A stretch of DNA of 64,000 bases. Origin: Carcharhinus longimanus (taxonomy: Eukaryota). Under the pieces are notes generated by a model. It had not been told where the DNA came from and ran no database searches. It was given only the letters and a program-made list of their open reading frames with translations. Within the stretch, counting starts at the first letter, position 1; every line of letters begins with the position of its first letter. Location: contig JASCQW010000001.1 of the NCBI GenBank assembly GCA_030264375.1, positions 110,058,445-110,122,444 on the forward strand, given 5' to 3'. A program made the translations under genes and the position numbers. Of this stretch, positions 1 through 13,004 are shown in pieces.

Positions 1-1039
1 GAACTAGGATATTGAGGCTATATAGTTAAACAAACCATTGACTCGAGCAGTCCATTGAGGTGTTAATGTCCCATGTGAGCATCTGTCCATCTTCCCTCAT
101 GTGGCTCCCCCATTATCACCCTCTATTCCCTTCTCTCTCACATGGAAGATGAACTGCCTAAATACTATTTGTTTCAAGCACTCCCTGTGATTACAGGCCC
201 TACATACTCTCCAGTCCTTGGGTAAAGAATTCCTTGTTGGATTCCTTGGTGACGATCATATATCGATGCCTCTAATTATGTTCTTCCCCAGTTGCAGGAG
301 AAACATTGTCTAAATTCACTCTATCAAAACCTTTCCTAATTTTAAAGGCCTCCAATAGGTCCATTAGGAATGCTGGAGTGTTTAATTATGGATCCTGAAG
401 TATCAATGTGTGTAGTCATCACACCTCAGGTGTCAGTACACCTCTATTTTCTGTACTTCATGAGCAAGTCTTTATGCCCAACAGACGTGTGAGCCAAGTT
501 AGAGCTCGTGGAATAAAGCAGCATGGATGCAAAATTGGCTGAATGTCAGGAAACAGAGGGTAATGATGAACGGTTATTTTTTGGAATGGAGGAAGGTTTA
601 TCACACAGGGCTCATTGTTCCAGCCACTGCTCCTGAAAACCAAACACATCCAGAAAAAAACACACTTCCTTTGAACCTCATTGATGTTTAGATCAGTAAG
701 TCTTTCTAACCTGAACCGGCACGACCTGAGCTGACACAAACCTCGCTGACCACAACCAACACTTAGCACGGGAAATCTGGCTGTTTGTCTGCACTGTTTA
801 CCTCGCAAAATCTCTCCCACAAGCAGAATTGCAGATGGCACCACGTGTCAGAACATTTAACAGGTACCTTGCATTTATTATTCAGTGATGCATCTTACCT
901 TTATTGGCCATTTTATTTACTTTGGACTATAGCTAGCTTAGGCTTTGGCTTTTGTAAGTAAGCCTAGACCCATTCGCGGTATCCAAAACCCAAACTTGTA
1001 TAAAACTCAAAATACAATAAGCCCTGACAGTTGCAGATA

Positions 1040-1714
1040 AAGGGTGCTCGAGTTATGGACATATTGACCTCGGCTTTAGTGTGCAGGGCACCATTTCAAT
1101 ATTTGTGGATAACATAAAACTTCAAAGTATTATGAACTATGGGAAAGATAGTGTAAGACCTTCAACAGGACGTAGGCCAGTTTGTGGAATGGGGGAACAA
1201 GTGGCATCAGGGCAGTTTGAGAGCAAGATTAATAAAGTTTATGGGATCCTGGTCTTTATAAATAGGAGAAAAGACTGGAAAAGCAAGGAATTTATTATAA
1301 ACCTGTGTAGAACAGTGGTAAGGCTTTAACTGGAACATAGTATTCAGTTTCGGGAACCACAATTCCAGAAGGCACATGATTTACGAGAAGTATTCTTAGC
1401 CACCATTGTTCCTATTAGTGGAGGGAGTTCAAAATAGAAGGCACAGATTTAAGGCAAGTGGCAAAAGACACAATGGCGACATGAGTGAAATCATTTTTAC
1501 ACCGTGAATGGATAGGATCTGAAATACACTGCTGGGAGCAGATACAATCATGGTATTCAAAAGGGAATTGGATCGTTAATTGAAAAGGAAAATTTTGAAG
1601 GGGCATGGGGAAAAAACAGTGGAGTGGTACAAGGGGACTTGCTCTTGCAGAGAGCTAGTATAGATACAAAAGGCCAAATAGCCTCCTTCTGTGCTGTAAT
1701 CATTCTATGATTCT
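1040..1714 (+). mobile_element. CR1-clade LINE 3' fragment, decayed
   Basis: Degenerate RT C-terminal coding sequence (ISIFVDNIKL, resembling SKFADDTKL) ending in ggccaaatagcctccttctgtgctgtaatcattctatgattct, the tail shared with the V-SINEs. Confidence 0.7.
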
Positions 1715-2227
1715 GAATTGGGAAGATAGGAAGGACTCCAAAAGGAAATTCCATTCTCTGCAACTTGTTTACCGTAACTTCAATTACAAAATATCAAGTA
1801 ACAGTGCCAGAATAATTGAATTTGAGAACAAAATGGTCTATGTAGTGAGAAAAACCTCTGCAGAGAGACAACAGGTAGCATAAGGTCAATGCTTGCTAAA
1901 AAATAAACACCAACATTGTCTGAACCTTTAGTATGCAAACTCAGCTTTAAGAATCCAATTTCAGCCATCCAGGCAAATTAATTAGTCACACAATTAATTT
2001 TTATAGGTGAGGCACTGCTTCTGGAGGGGAATGTGAAAGCTTGTCTTCGGAGTTTGAGTTTTCTTTCCCCCCCCCGAACATGGGACCCAATATAAAGTTG
2101 ACAGGTCTTACAGCTGCCATTTTACTTTGCTGCATTCATCATTACCGCAGCAGTCAGGTCCCGTGCAAAATCAGAACAACAGTACAATGTAACATTTCAC
2201 CCCTTCACTAAACTTGTATAAACTTAC

Positions 2228-2337
2228 GTGAGGGCCTGAGAATAATTGTAGTACTGGGAAACGCCAAGGAATTTCTGCACACCATCCATTACAGCAGCAG
2301 GGTCAGTTCTCAGCTTGTGCCCATCTATAATGTGTAA
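2228..2337 (-). CDS. NDST3: NDST exon (110 nt): [36 protein letters not shown](T)
   Basis: Not in the ORF track; translated by hand. Acceptor ttttag|TTA, donor AC|gtaagt; IIDG..LR.DP..VMD.VQKFLG motif. Confidence 0.96.
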
Positions 2338-4994
2338 CTAAAACCAGTTTCAGTCAGATAATGTTACAGGACAATCAATCCATTAAAATACAAACACAAG
2401 CTCAAAGTAAGAACAGAAATAAAATATAACCATCAACACCTGCCCGGTTGCCAATTTGGCAGCATAGGAATTTAGATGCCTGTTTCACACTTGTGGTGAG
2501 GGGGAAGTGAAATAGTGTGGCTGCAAGACATGAGTTGATTTTCTATCTTAGGCTAGACTTCCTTTGGCAGGTAGCAGTGAATTTACTGCCATCGGTTTGA
2601 CAAAAAAAATCTCCTGCTCTCAATTCCACAACGATTTCCCAGATGGCCAGGAATAGCGAATCTATATTTATTAAATCCTGAGGAGCAGGTAGGATTTGAT
2701 ATTGCAACTGTGTGTGGGCTGGCAAAAAATAGTCTTGGCTGTCAAAAGTTATAATTAATACTGATGTAACTTTTTAATTGCTTCATAATAATTGGTAAAA
2801 GGATTCAAAAGCTATTAAGGAGACAATTGCATTGTCTCCTTGCCAACGATAATGTTATACTGCTTTTGCCCCATTGATGTGGAACAGGTTTTACTTCCCA
2901 GTGCAAAAACTAAAACCTGACTGCAGCAAACCTGGTGGTCAAGGTCAGGCGTGAAGAGTTGCTGCCATGGCACTTTGTGCCAGGGACATGGGTAAGAGGC
3001 AAAACTTCTCAAATTTCACAATCAAAACTTAGAAAATACAAAAGTGATCCACCCAATTGATCTGCACCTTTTCTTAAAATTCAAAACAACAATTTTTTGA
3101 GAATAGAAAGATCCCAGGTTTGTGAGCAGAACTCCACCACGTCACTCATGGCAATAGGATCAGATGGTGCGATTATGTCAGTGCAAGTTTATTTGGCCTT
3201 CTTTTGCAGCAGCTATCAAAAATCACACAGGTATAAATTAGTCCCTGTTTTGTAACCTGTGCGATAAAGACCATGTGATTCATTGCAAGTTCTCCACACA
3301 CAGAGGCATTGGATCGACATCAATTTTACCCTGTCTCTCTCAGTACAGGCAATGGGGCAGATCAGGTGGTGTGACATTGCGAATGCTGATTCTTCCTTTA
3401 TAAATAGGCTTAACTTCTTTCTCAATCCGCAGTGGTAACATCCCCAGTGATACTTTGTGAGACAAAATTCTTAGGAGGCAGCTCTCAAACTAAGAGGAAT
3501 GCCAGTGATAAGTGTGAGAGAAAGGGCTACAATAAATAATGGGGGAGGGGGGAATTGGGGAGTTGGAGATGCAATACAGCACCTCCTAGCTGCAGAGGAA
3601 GGTTTCTTCAGATGTTTATTTTTTAAGGCCTTTTTGAGGTGTTTCGTCCTTGTGCAATAGAGGCTGGAATTCTGTTCTGTTCATCACAAGCCAATTTGGT
3701 AGATAGGGTCACAAACAACTGGCAGGTCTCTTCTGTACACATATAAGGGATCTACCATCTAAAAAATGACTAGCCCTAACAGATCAATGCCTTGGGGCCC
3801 AGAGCATTGCCAGCCTATTTTACATCCATAAGAAAAGAATAAGGAGGATCAATTTCTCCCGACATGTTCATCAGAGTACATAACCAGAGCAAATTGCTTG
3901 CAAGAGTAAATGTTGCCTGACAGGACAGCGGAAATAAAGGCCTTGATATTCACCCCAAACATGGATCAATGAGGGTCAGATGGGTCCAAAGCGTTAAACA
4001 CCTAAAGTGTGTTCTCCACACTTTATCAATCCACGCTCGCCTGCTACCTTTTGTTCTGGCAGATGTTAAAGCGTCCAAGTATCCCACATTGAGAGGTGGA
4101 ATAACTAATATAGCAGACTACTCCTCTCAGGCCTCTAGGAACTCTTTGATCTCCTCCAGCCTTGATTGCCAATCTTCCCCAGCCTCCAGCCTTCCCGACG
4201 ACCGATCTCCCTGACTAAAAAGATCACAACCTCTCCCTCTACCCATGTACAGCCTCAACCTCCCATTCTGATGGTGTGATCATTTTCCCTCATGATTGCC
4301 AGGGAGTGCATTCAAGGCTCCTTGGTCGTGACTTTCTTCCTTCCCACCTGCAGGTCAGGCTGCTGGACAAGAACAAAACATTTATTAATGAGGTCTGGCT
4401 GCCTAGTTTGCCTAACTCTGCATTACAGGTAACACCAGTTGCTGTCTTTAGCCTCCTTACACCTTCTCCTAATTCTGTAATTACCGGAGCCATAGAATCT
4501 ACAATATCGTAAAGAGGTGCCAGCTGCTATTCTGATTCTAGAAGATGTATTACATTAAGACTACATAGAAAAAGCTACTGCACATTCCTTACACAGATGA
4601 AGGCAGTGATATTGCAAGTTGTCAAGTGTCTGACTCTCAAGCAGAAAATCATATAGTTGGGTTCTAGGGCAACTGGTCACTAAACACCCTATTTCTCACC
4701 AGCTCTCAGATGGCTTACTAGCTAAAATGCCACCCAAGAGGCTAGGAACACAATGGGGACTGCGAAAAAAAAAGATCAGTCAGACTTCTTTTAATCATGC
4801 TTAACATGAGCAGTGTGGATGGCCATCATAAGCACTTTTGTGAATTAACTGTATCGTCCTTCCAGACAGTGAGGAGGATATAGGATAGTGCAAAGGCATT
4901 GAAAAATGCAGCGTCAATTAAGACATTATTGAGAGAGAAATAACATATCACTTGTAATTAAAGCAGATGCTTCTTGCCTACTTAAAGTGCTCAC

Positions 4995-5165
4995 CTGTCT
5001 AGTCGGGTAGTACGTTAGCCACCTTTCGATATGAGCTGCATACCAGCCAGGCACCAGGCATCGATTGTGCAGGGCCCGAAGCTCAGGAACAGCCCGCCGA
5101 CCTGCTGTGATCACCTCATAAAAACTATATCGAAGGGCAGCAGGATCTTCGTGAGCTCGCTGGTG
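4995..5165 (-). CDS. NDST3: NDST exon (171 nt): [57 protein letters not shown]
   Basis: Acceptor ccacag|CAC, donor CAG|gtgagc; RCLVPGWY motif. Confidence 0.97.
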
Positions 5166-5267
5166 CTGTGGGCATCAGAAAAGATGGAAAATTCAATTGT
5201 GATCTTGCATAAGTTAAAAGAGAGGGTGTTAAACATTGGCCTGAGGAAGCAGAATGGTCAAGGTTAC

Positions 5268-5442
5268 CTGGTACCAGGAGTAGGCCCGATCTGAAGGGTT
5301 GATGAGAATGGTGATTATTTTCACCTTTGGCAAGAGGGCTGCGGCTCGTTTTGGAGCGTCCTCGGAGTGGAAGTAGTTTGCACTTTTCTCAAACAAGAAG
5401 TCGGTGGTCACATTGGAAGGGATAGGAAAAAAATTCATATAC
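5268..5442 (-). CDS. NDST3: NDST exon (175 nt): (W)[58 protein letters not shown]
   Basis: Acceptor ttgtag|G, donor CAG|gtaacc; FEKSANYF and 3'-PB motifs. Confidence 0.97.
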
Positions 5443-7250
5443 CTACAAAATTAGAAGAGTAAATTTTCATTATTATGATCGCATTATCTAGAGATTGCAG
5501 TACTGCAAACTAGAACTATAATGCTTTGTCTCAGAATTGCTAGCACAATACGATCTTTAATCTCTCCTGTGTCGGTTGGCTGAACTGCCTGCCCTTCATC
5601 ACATCCAGGGAATGTTATATAAAGATAGGAAAGATTTGTATTTGTATAATGCTCTTGATAATCAGGGGACATCTCAAAGTGCTTTGCAGCCCATGGTACT
5701 TTTGAAGTGCAGTCACTGCTGTAATGCAGGAAATTCAATAGGCAGGGGGAGAATTAAAATAAGTATAAAAATGTCCATGTATCTTCCAGAAAGTTTTGAG
5801 TACAATATGATTCTTGTATGGACTGATGGTTCCTTACTTACTTGGAAAAACTAGACAAAAATATGCTGGTGGGGTTCTCTGGTCCTGCCAGCAGTGGTCC
5901 CCACCTGTGGGTTTCCCACATGCGTGGGGTGACATCAATGGGAATTCCCATTGACAGTAGTGCGACCAGAGAATCCTGCCACTAGCAAACAGTGCGCCAC
6001 CTCCCACTGGCAAGAAGCATGCAGCTGGGAGGCTGGAGAATCTCACCCAGTTTCTGACAATTGGAAACCTGATTTCAAATAATGAAGAATTTATTGTAAA
6101 TTTTTGGTGACTGTCAGTGAGGAGAGAGCTCACAGTATCCAGAGACTGAGCTCCAAAGAGAAGGAAAGTGAAGGCGTCATTCTAGTTAGGAAAGACATAA
6201 TCATAGTTGTTTGCTCACTAAGTAATTATGAATGTTAACATACACTTGAGAACAATGTAGTCCGAAATCTCCTTGACAACATAGGTATAGTAATAGGGTC
6301 CGTTGGCTGATAGAAAGAAAACTAAAATGGGACCCAGATTTGCTGGGCCCCCAATCCATACAGCCAGTCCCTGATGGCAGCTTGGAGTAAGTGGAAACTC
6401 TGTCCATCCCATCCATACCCTATTACATCAGAGGAGGTGAGTCACGGGAAGGAATATCCCACACTACAAATGTCTTCAGCTCTGGAACTAATTTATCACT
6501 GGAGGTTAATATTCCTTCCGCACACATTGATTTAGATGGCCAGAATTCCTGGAAATTGGCAGGGCCTCATTTATGCACGTTACTCTGGTTACAAACGAAA
6601 GTCCCTGATATCATTTTTGGCTCTACCCACGTAGCTATTCCCGGTTTCTCACCCCACCCACAAACTTTGGGCTGGGGCACAGCTGTCTCCTCTGGTATGA
6701 AAAAGGATCCGTAGTTGCAGTCAGGGCAAGCTGACTGAAGTTCCATATTACTGCAGCTGCTAGTGTGTTTTGACACTTAAAGGCTGCCATAGTTGCAAAA
6801 AGTACTTCCCTAATGGTAAATGCGCTGCTTTGTCTAACTCCCATACTCTTTATTCGAAGGCACAATGTATGTCAACTGCCCTGTTGGTTTGCCTGCCTTT
6901 CTGACTGATGAGCTGCCTGTAAGGAGCATGATCAGCACTGGCATCTATTCAATGCAAGTTAGGCCCATTCATGAAAACTGATCAGGCCTCCTGCTAACCT
7001 TATTGAGCATTAGGATCCTGCTGACCTCATTGGTGTTACGTGTGAACAGTATTCAAGTCAATGCAATTGAAAATTGGGATAGTTGGAAAATGGGCTGACA
7101 TTTCACAATTGACTGTTTCACACTTTGTCCAAAGTTAATCTTACCCCCAGTGTAACTTTGAGTTTCAAGTTAGATTGAAAGGGTTGAGTACCCCCACCTC
7201 AGGGGATACAGAAACTGGTTGAATTTCCATGGGTTTTCCCTCGCCAAGTA

Positions 7251-7325
7251 TGGCAGAAGATCCATGAAAACTTCAGGGAAATGGGGTTGGTGGCATTCCC
7301 TGAGTTTTCCATGGAACTTTTGCCA
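7251..7325. repeat. Imperfect inverted repeat (about 32-bp arms, 12-nt loop), probable MITE core
   Basis: tggcagaagatccatgaaaacttcagggaaat at 7251-7282 versus the reverse complement of 7295-7325, tggcaaaaagttccatggaaaactcagggaat. Confidence 0.75.
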
Positions 7326-8634
7326 AAGCTATGATAGATAATCAGGAGAGCCACAGCTGAATATTATTGGTGACCTTCTTAAAGAATATCTACTAAAATT
7401 AAGCTTTAGGAATAGACGGTCACCAAGTACTTTATTGAAACACCCATAAGAGCATAAGAATATGCTTAAAAGTACAGTCTATTCCACAAAACCTATTTCA
7501 ATCTATTAAGGAAACATACTACAAAGTTTTTTTTTGATGACCCCAACATTAATAAATGAAATGCCAGACTATCTTTTCATTCCACATTTATGTCATTCAA
7601 CCCTGGTCAAAGCTACCACTGCATTCCATGTACTATTTGATTATCTGTGCTGTTCTTATCCCTACAGCCATCAATTCTATTCTAACCACATATTTTTTCC
7701 ATTTCGTTTCTGAGGAAGGATTACTTGACACAGGGCCAACTCATTTTGCTGCTAGTGCATTCCACTATGCTGAAAGGATTTCTTTTACTCACAATACCGC
7801 GTCTTATTTGAGGCTTATTAATTTTGTATGAGTCCTTTAGTTCTGAGGTCGCAGTCAAAGTTAAATGGCTTGTATAAATCTTCACCATTTATGCTCCTCA
7901 TCATTTTTGCTACAATTCCTTCCTGTTAATTATCCCCAATGAAAATAAGTTTAATCAGTATCTCTGAAAAATTTTGACTTTTGAGTCTGGTATCACCTTT
8001 GTTGCTTTCCTCTGAACCGTTACAAATGCAGCAATATTATTGTGAAGATTCAGGGGCTGGATTTTCAAAGCAGGATCAGGAACCTGTAACCCAGATAATG
8101 TGCAAGCCAAAACCCTGCGATGCAACAGCATCACTCATGCAATGCTATTCTAAAATGTAAATGTTCTAACTGGGCCAAGGCAAGCTCAGTGCCGAATTAG
8201 TGGCACTGAGCATCTCCAGAAAGTAGGAGGAGTTACTTGCAGAGTGTGAACAGTAAACAAAGATGACACCATAATGGAGCCTGCCATGGCCTTGCTGAAG
8301 AGAAGAGGTAGCATCTCAAAGCGTCAGCAGCATAGACGTTCATGAGTGGCCACATGACAAAATGGAAGGTAACGTGTACAATCTGGCACAAGATTCCACA
8401 AGGTTCGATACTTTCCACTGTACAAAATAAACTTTCACCTCTCCCTGCTTTGAACACAAGAACTATGTAGTAACATGCCCCAGACTGTGCAGGTTGGTGC
8501 GTTCACATTTGAAAACTGCATTCCCACCCTCCCCAACCCATTAACAAATTCCTCGATGATCTTAATGGGCCTTTAATTGGGGGTGAGAGGGTGCCCACTC
8601 AAACCCTCCCTTTATAAATCAGAGTCCATTGTAG

Positions 8635-8895
8635 AATAGAATTCCTGCAGTGCAGGAGGCCATTTGGCCCCTCAAGTCTGCACCGACTCTCTGATAGAGC
8701 ATTTTATCCATCCCCGTAACATATTGACCCCATTAATTCCCCTAACCTACACATCTTGGGACTGTGGGAGGAAACTAAAGCACCTAGAGGAAACGCACAC
8801 AGGCACGGGGAGAATGTGCAAACTTCACACAGTCATCTAAGGCTGGAATCAAACTCTGGTCTCTTGTGCTATGAGGCAACAGTGCCATCGTGCTC
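8635..8895 (-). mobile_element. HE1-type tRNA-derived V-SINE (shark), internally deleted
   Basis: Reverse complement matches the family consensus seen in more than ten copies in this window. Confidence 0.8.
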
Positions 8896-9764
8896 CCCAT
8901 CAGAATGCAAACATGCCCTTTGGCAATGTGCTCCATCAATCCAGCCTCCATCCATTCTCAAACCCACTATCAATTGAAAATTCACCTTAAGTTTTCAAAA
9001 CGGCACACAAAATTCTAAATGCAAGAATCACATTGAGTTGCTTTCAATACATTTTAAGGAAATTGAGTTGATTTTGTCTCTGCAAGTTCTGTGGCAAACA
9101 CCAATACTTAAAAATTACACAACAGAATCATATTTCATCACTGCTGCCACCCCACCTCCCCCCTCCACCCACACACACCCACACTTTCTTTTGCTTGTCT
9201 CAGGCCCATGGCAATCAACAAGTAATCACCTCCTCGACTAACAGAGATGACGCAGATGTGAATGTGACTACTACGCTTGAGAATGTTACAGAGCCTGAAA
9301 TCCCAGCTGAAGGTAACAGATCACAAAGTCCAATGATCTTCATCTCTGAGATGTCAGAATTGGAAAGATCCCTCAGTGTCAACATTGGAATGGCTCATTT
9401 GAGAATTCAAAACAATCATTCAAGAAACAAAACAAGTTCCAAGAGTCTGTTTCATTCAATGCAAGATAATATTGACAAATTCGGTAGAGAATAGTTCATA
9501 TACTTGCCAACAACCAATTGCGTTTACTGTTTTGTTCTCAAACTCTTCTCAATATCAGCAACAGCACTGGCTAGTGATGACCTTAATGATTAGCAAAACC
9601 TTGCTAGAATTCAAAATCATGAGAATTCTGAGGATCAGAGAAAAGCTTTGTTTACATATCTGACAAGGCAATGTGGTCTAACCTTCAATTCACATCAGAA
9701 GGAACAGGGAAAAAGGGGGCAAGAGTACTGGAGGTATTATGTATTTTGAACATGATTATGTATC

Positions 9765-10095
9765 AGGACAGCAAGGTTGCACAGTGGTTAGCACTGCTGT
9801 TTCACAATGTGGGTATGCCGGCGTTGGACTGGCGTAAACACAGTAAAAAGTCTGACAACACCAGGTTTTAGTCCAACNNNNNNNNNNNNNNNNNNNNNNN
9901 NNNNNNNNNNNNNNNNNNNNNNNNNNNNNNNNNNNNNNNNNNNNNNNNNNNNNNNNNNNNNNNNNNNNNNNNNNNNNCTCAGGTAAATGCATAGGGTTAT
10001 GGGGTAGGGCCTGGGTGGGATTGTGGTCACTGCAATCTTGATGGGCCAAATGGCCTCCTTCTGCACTGTAGTATTCTATGATTCTATTCTATGAT
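9765..10095 (+). mobile_element. HE1-type V-SINE interrupted by a Penelope terminal fragment (about 9810-9877) and an assembly gap
   Basis: A-box head cagtggttagcactgctg, then gccggcgttggactggcgtaaacacagtaa matching 11005-11066, 100 N, then the SINE tail with attctatg repeats. Confidence 0.8.
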
Positions 10096-10990
10096 TTTAT
10101 GTACACCTGGATTAATTATCAGGAGGCAATGAAAAATTTTGCTTGCTACGTAAGGGAGCTTTTTTGGCTTGATAGAACTCACTGCTAAGCTTGGTCTATT
10201 TCTTTCCAGTCACATAAAACATTATAGAAGCAATGGATCTGTGAGGCCTTCATACTTGTCTGAAACAATGGCAGAATTCTCCCTAAAAATAACGAAGTGC
10301 TGCTGCAAGCAGGGAAGCTGGAATTTTAGTGCTGACAGCGATTGTCAAGTGGCATTTAACCACTTTTAGTTTTTAAAATATGCACAGTGTGAAGCATGCC
10401 AGCTCACCCATCTTCACAGAAATCACAGTGCCATATTAAAAGGGCACCCCGATCTCAGAGACATGGAACATGCCCTTACCCTGTCCCCATGGAAACATCA
10501 ACCCCCCCCTCCCTTCCCACCCCCTGCTGTTAAGAGCATCAACCCCAGCCCATCATCACCGAGGGGCCATCTCCTTCCTACCCCTGAATGAACAAGTTCC
10601 GCTTCCCTCACACACCATGCAGGCAAAAGGCTGGTCTCCTCCAGTAACAGGCCCGACCCTTCAACCTCTCCCCCACCGCTCCACCCCATCAGAGTTACAC
10701 ACCGACATAAGGTCACCAAATACTCAGCCCCCCTCAGGCCATCCTTCAGGCTCCATACTTTGACAGTGCCATCCTGGAGAGAAATAAGCACATATATTCC
10801 ATGTGCTGGACATTCACTGAATCTTGTTGATCATGCTGCAAGTTATTGCTGCCTAGCCACAGTAAATCCTTTTGCTGTTGTAAACAAATACACTCATTCT
10901 TCTCTGCCTCGACAAAACACTGGACAGCACTCCAGTCATTCTTGGGTCCTGAGTCCACTGCACCAAAAGATCTCTCTGACACCAGGTGGG

Positions 10991-11175
10991 AAATGATACG
11001 GAGATGCCGGCGTTGGACCGGGGTAAACACAGTAAGAAGTCTCACAATACAAGGTTAAAGTCCAACAGGTTTATTTGGTAGCAAATGCCACTAGCTTTCA
11101 GAGCGCAGCTCCTTCTTCAGGTAACTTACCTGACGAAGGAGCAGCGCTCTGAATGCTAGTGGCGTTTGCTTACCA
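10991..11175. mobile_element. Short Penelope-derived fold-back element with two inverted hammerhead-ribozyme motifs
   Basis: Arms 11076-11124 and 11126-11175 are reverse complements (4 mismatches, 1 indel); ctgacga-aggagc-agc-gctc-tgaat on +, ctgaaga-aggagc-tgc-gctc-tgaaagcta on -; flanked by a direct repeat accaggtggg at 10981-10990 and 11172-11181. Confidence 0.8.
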
Positions 11176-11619
11176 GGTGGGGAACACATACATAAAGTTT
11201 AAAGTTTATTTATTAGTGTCACAAGTAGGTTTACATTAACATTGCAATGAAGTTACTGTGGAAATCCTCTAGTAGGCTCATTCAGTCATAGCTGAGAGTT
11301 ATGGTTCAATTATCGATTCTCTTACTCATCTTCATAACGATGACAATGAAAAAAGGTGCTACAAGGAGACAAACTGCCATTCTACAGGAGAAAGGGGAGA
11401 AATTTAGAGTTTGTGTTTATGTTAGAACTTTGGAATCGTTTGTTAGATCGGTCCCACAAAACCAGCCAGTCTCTACAGGATCCAAAGTACATGCACAAAG
11501 ATTTACAGGTCACTTTCTCACTTCTTGAAAGAAACCCAAGAAAGTTTTGATGAAATTGAACTCAAAGCAAAAGAAAACTTGCCTGATGCGGGTTGTCAAG
11601 ATGTGATGAGTAGAGTCAT

Positions 11620-12880
11620 GCAGAAGTCTGTGCTGGGGCCTTAACTTGTTACAACTTATGTCAATGACTTAGTTAAGGAAGGAAAAACATGGTGGCAAAT
11701 TTTTTTGATTTGACTTATTGTTGTTGCATGTATTAGTATACAGTGAAATGTACTGTTTTTATACTGTACACAGAGAAGGAAAGGAGAGATTGCAGAATGT
11801 AGTGTTACAGTCATAGCTAGTGTGTAGAGAAACGTGAATTTAAGACGAGTTAATTGGAAAACTTAAAGAGTTAGATTAGAGTTTTAGAAGCATAGAACAA
11901 GAGTAAAATGTAGAATTAGAGAGTATGCTGGGCACAGCTTGCAAGATGTTGCCACGCTCCAGAGCCATCTTGAATTTACAGGTGACACAAAGATAGATAG
12001 GAAAGTATGTTGTGAAGAAGACATGAGGTTACAGGCTGATACAGATAGGTTGAGTGACTGGGCAAAAATCTGGAGGACGGAATACAATGTGGAAAAATAT
12101 GAAGTTGCTCACTTTGACAAGAAGAATAAAAAAAGAATACAACTTAAATTCTGTGGTGGAAAAGGATCAAGGTGATCTAGTGCTTGAGTTATAACAAGTT
12201 ATTATGCAGGTTCAGCAAGTAATCAATAAGGTTAATTGAATGCTATCTTCTATTACTAGAAGAATTGAACATAGTAAGGGTGTTACGTTTCAGTTATACA
12301 GGACATCAGTGAAACCACAACTTGAGTAGTGTGTGCAGTTTATGTCTCATTATTTAAAGAAGGATGTAAATGAGTTGGACGTGGTTCAGAGGAAATAGAC
12401 CAGGTTGATGCATGGAATGAGCATGTTGTCTTATGAGGAGAGTTTAGACATACTGGGTTTGCTTCCTCTGGAGTTTAGAAGAGTGATGGGTGACTTGATT
12501 GCAATATATAAGATCCTGAACGGTCTTGACCAGTTGTATAGGAAAGGATACTTCCTCTTGCGGGTGAACCAGAACTAGGGAGCACTATTTGAAAATTAGG
12601 GGTTGTCCTTTTAAGAGAGAGGAGGAGAATTTTTTTCTTTGTGGGTCGTGCAACTTTGGAACTCTGTTTCAGAAGATGATGGAAGCGAGGTCACTGAATA
12701 TTCTGAATTATTGAAAGTGGAGGTAGATTGATTCCCTTGCTTAGCAAGAATCGAAGGTTACTCGGGGTAGATGGGGAATGTGGAATGTGAGACATAAACA
12801 AGTCAGTCATGATCTTATCGAATGGCCTATTTCTTGCAGGCTCAAGGGGCTGAATGGCCTAAATTAACTCTCATTGCACA
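11620..12880 (+). mobile_element. CR1-clade LINE 3' portion inserted in the hAT fossil; contains a Rex1-type tail fragment (about 11705-11850, minus)
   Basis: GDTKIDRKVCCEEDMRLQADTDRLSDWAKIWRTEYNVEKYEVAHF is CR1 RT downstream of the FADD motif; ends with caggctcaaggggctgaatggcct. Confidence 0.85.
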
Positions 12881-13004
12881 CGTAGGCCTCAAGTGCGTGA
12901 ATAAAAGGAGAAAAATGAAAAAAAAAGTCAATGATGGTAATGCATCAAATGATGTTGAAATGTTTTCATCAATAGACAAGCGTTGAATTAAACTAGGGCG
13001 AATT

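Noticed and set aside
458-844. 128-aa minus-strand ORF as the next NDST exon
   Set aside because: No similarity to the expected FDxxKGFWCQ exon; it overlaps a CR1 fragment.
3969-4512. Short ORF cluster / possible L2 fragment
   Set aside because: No diagnostic motif I could confirm; probably old LINE debris, left unannotated.
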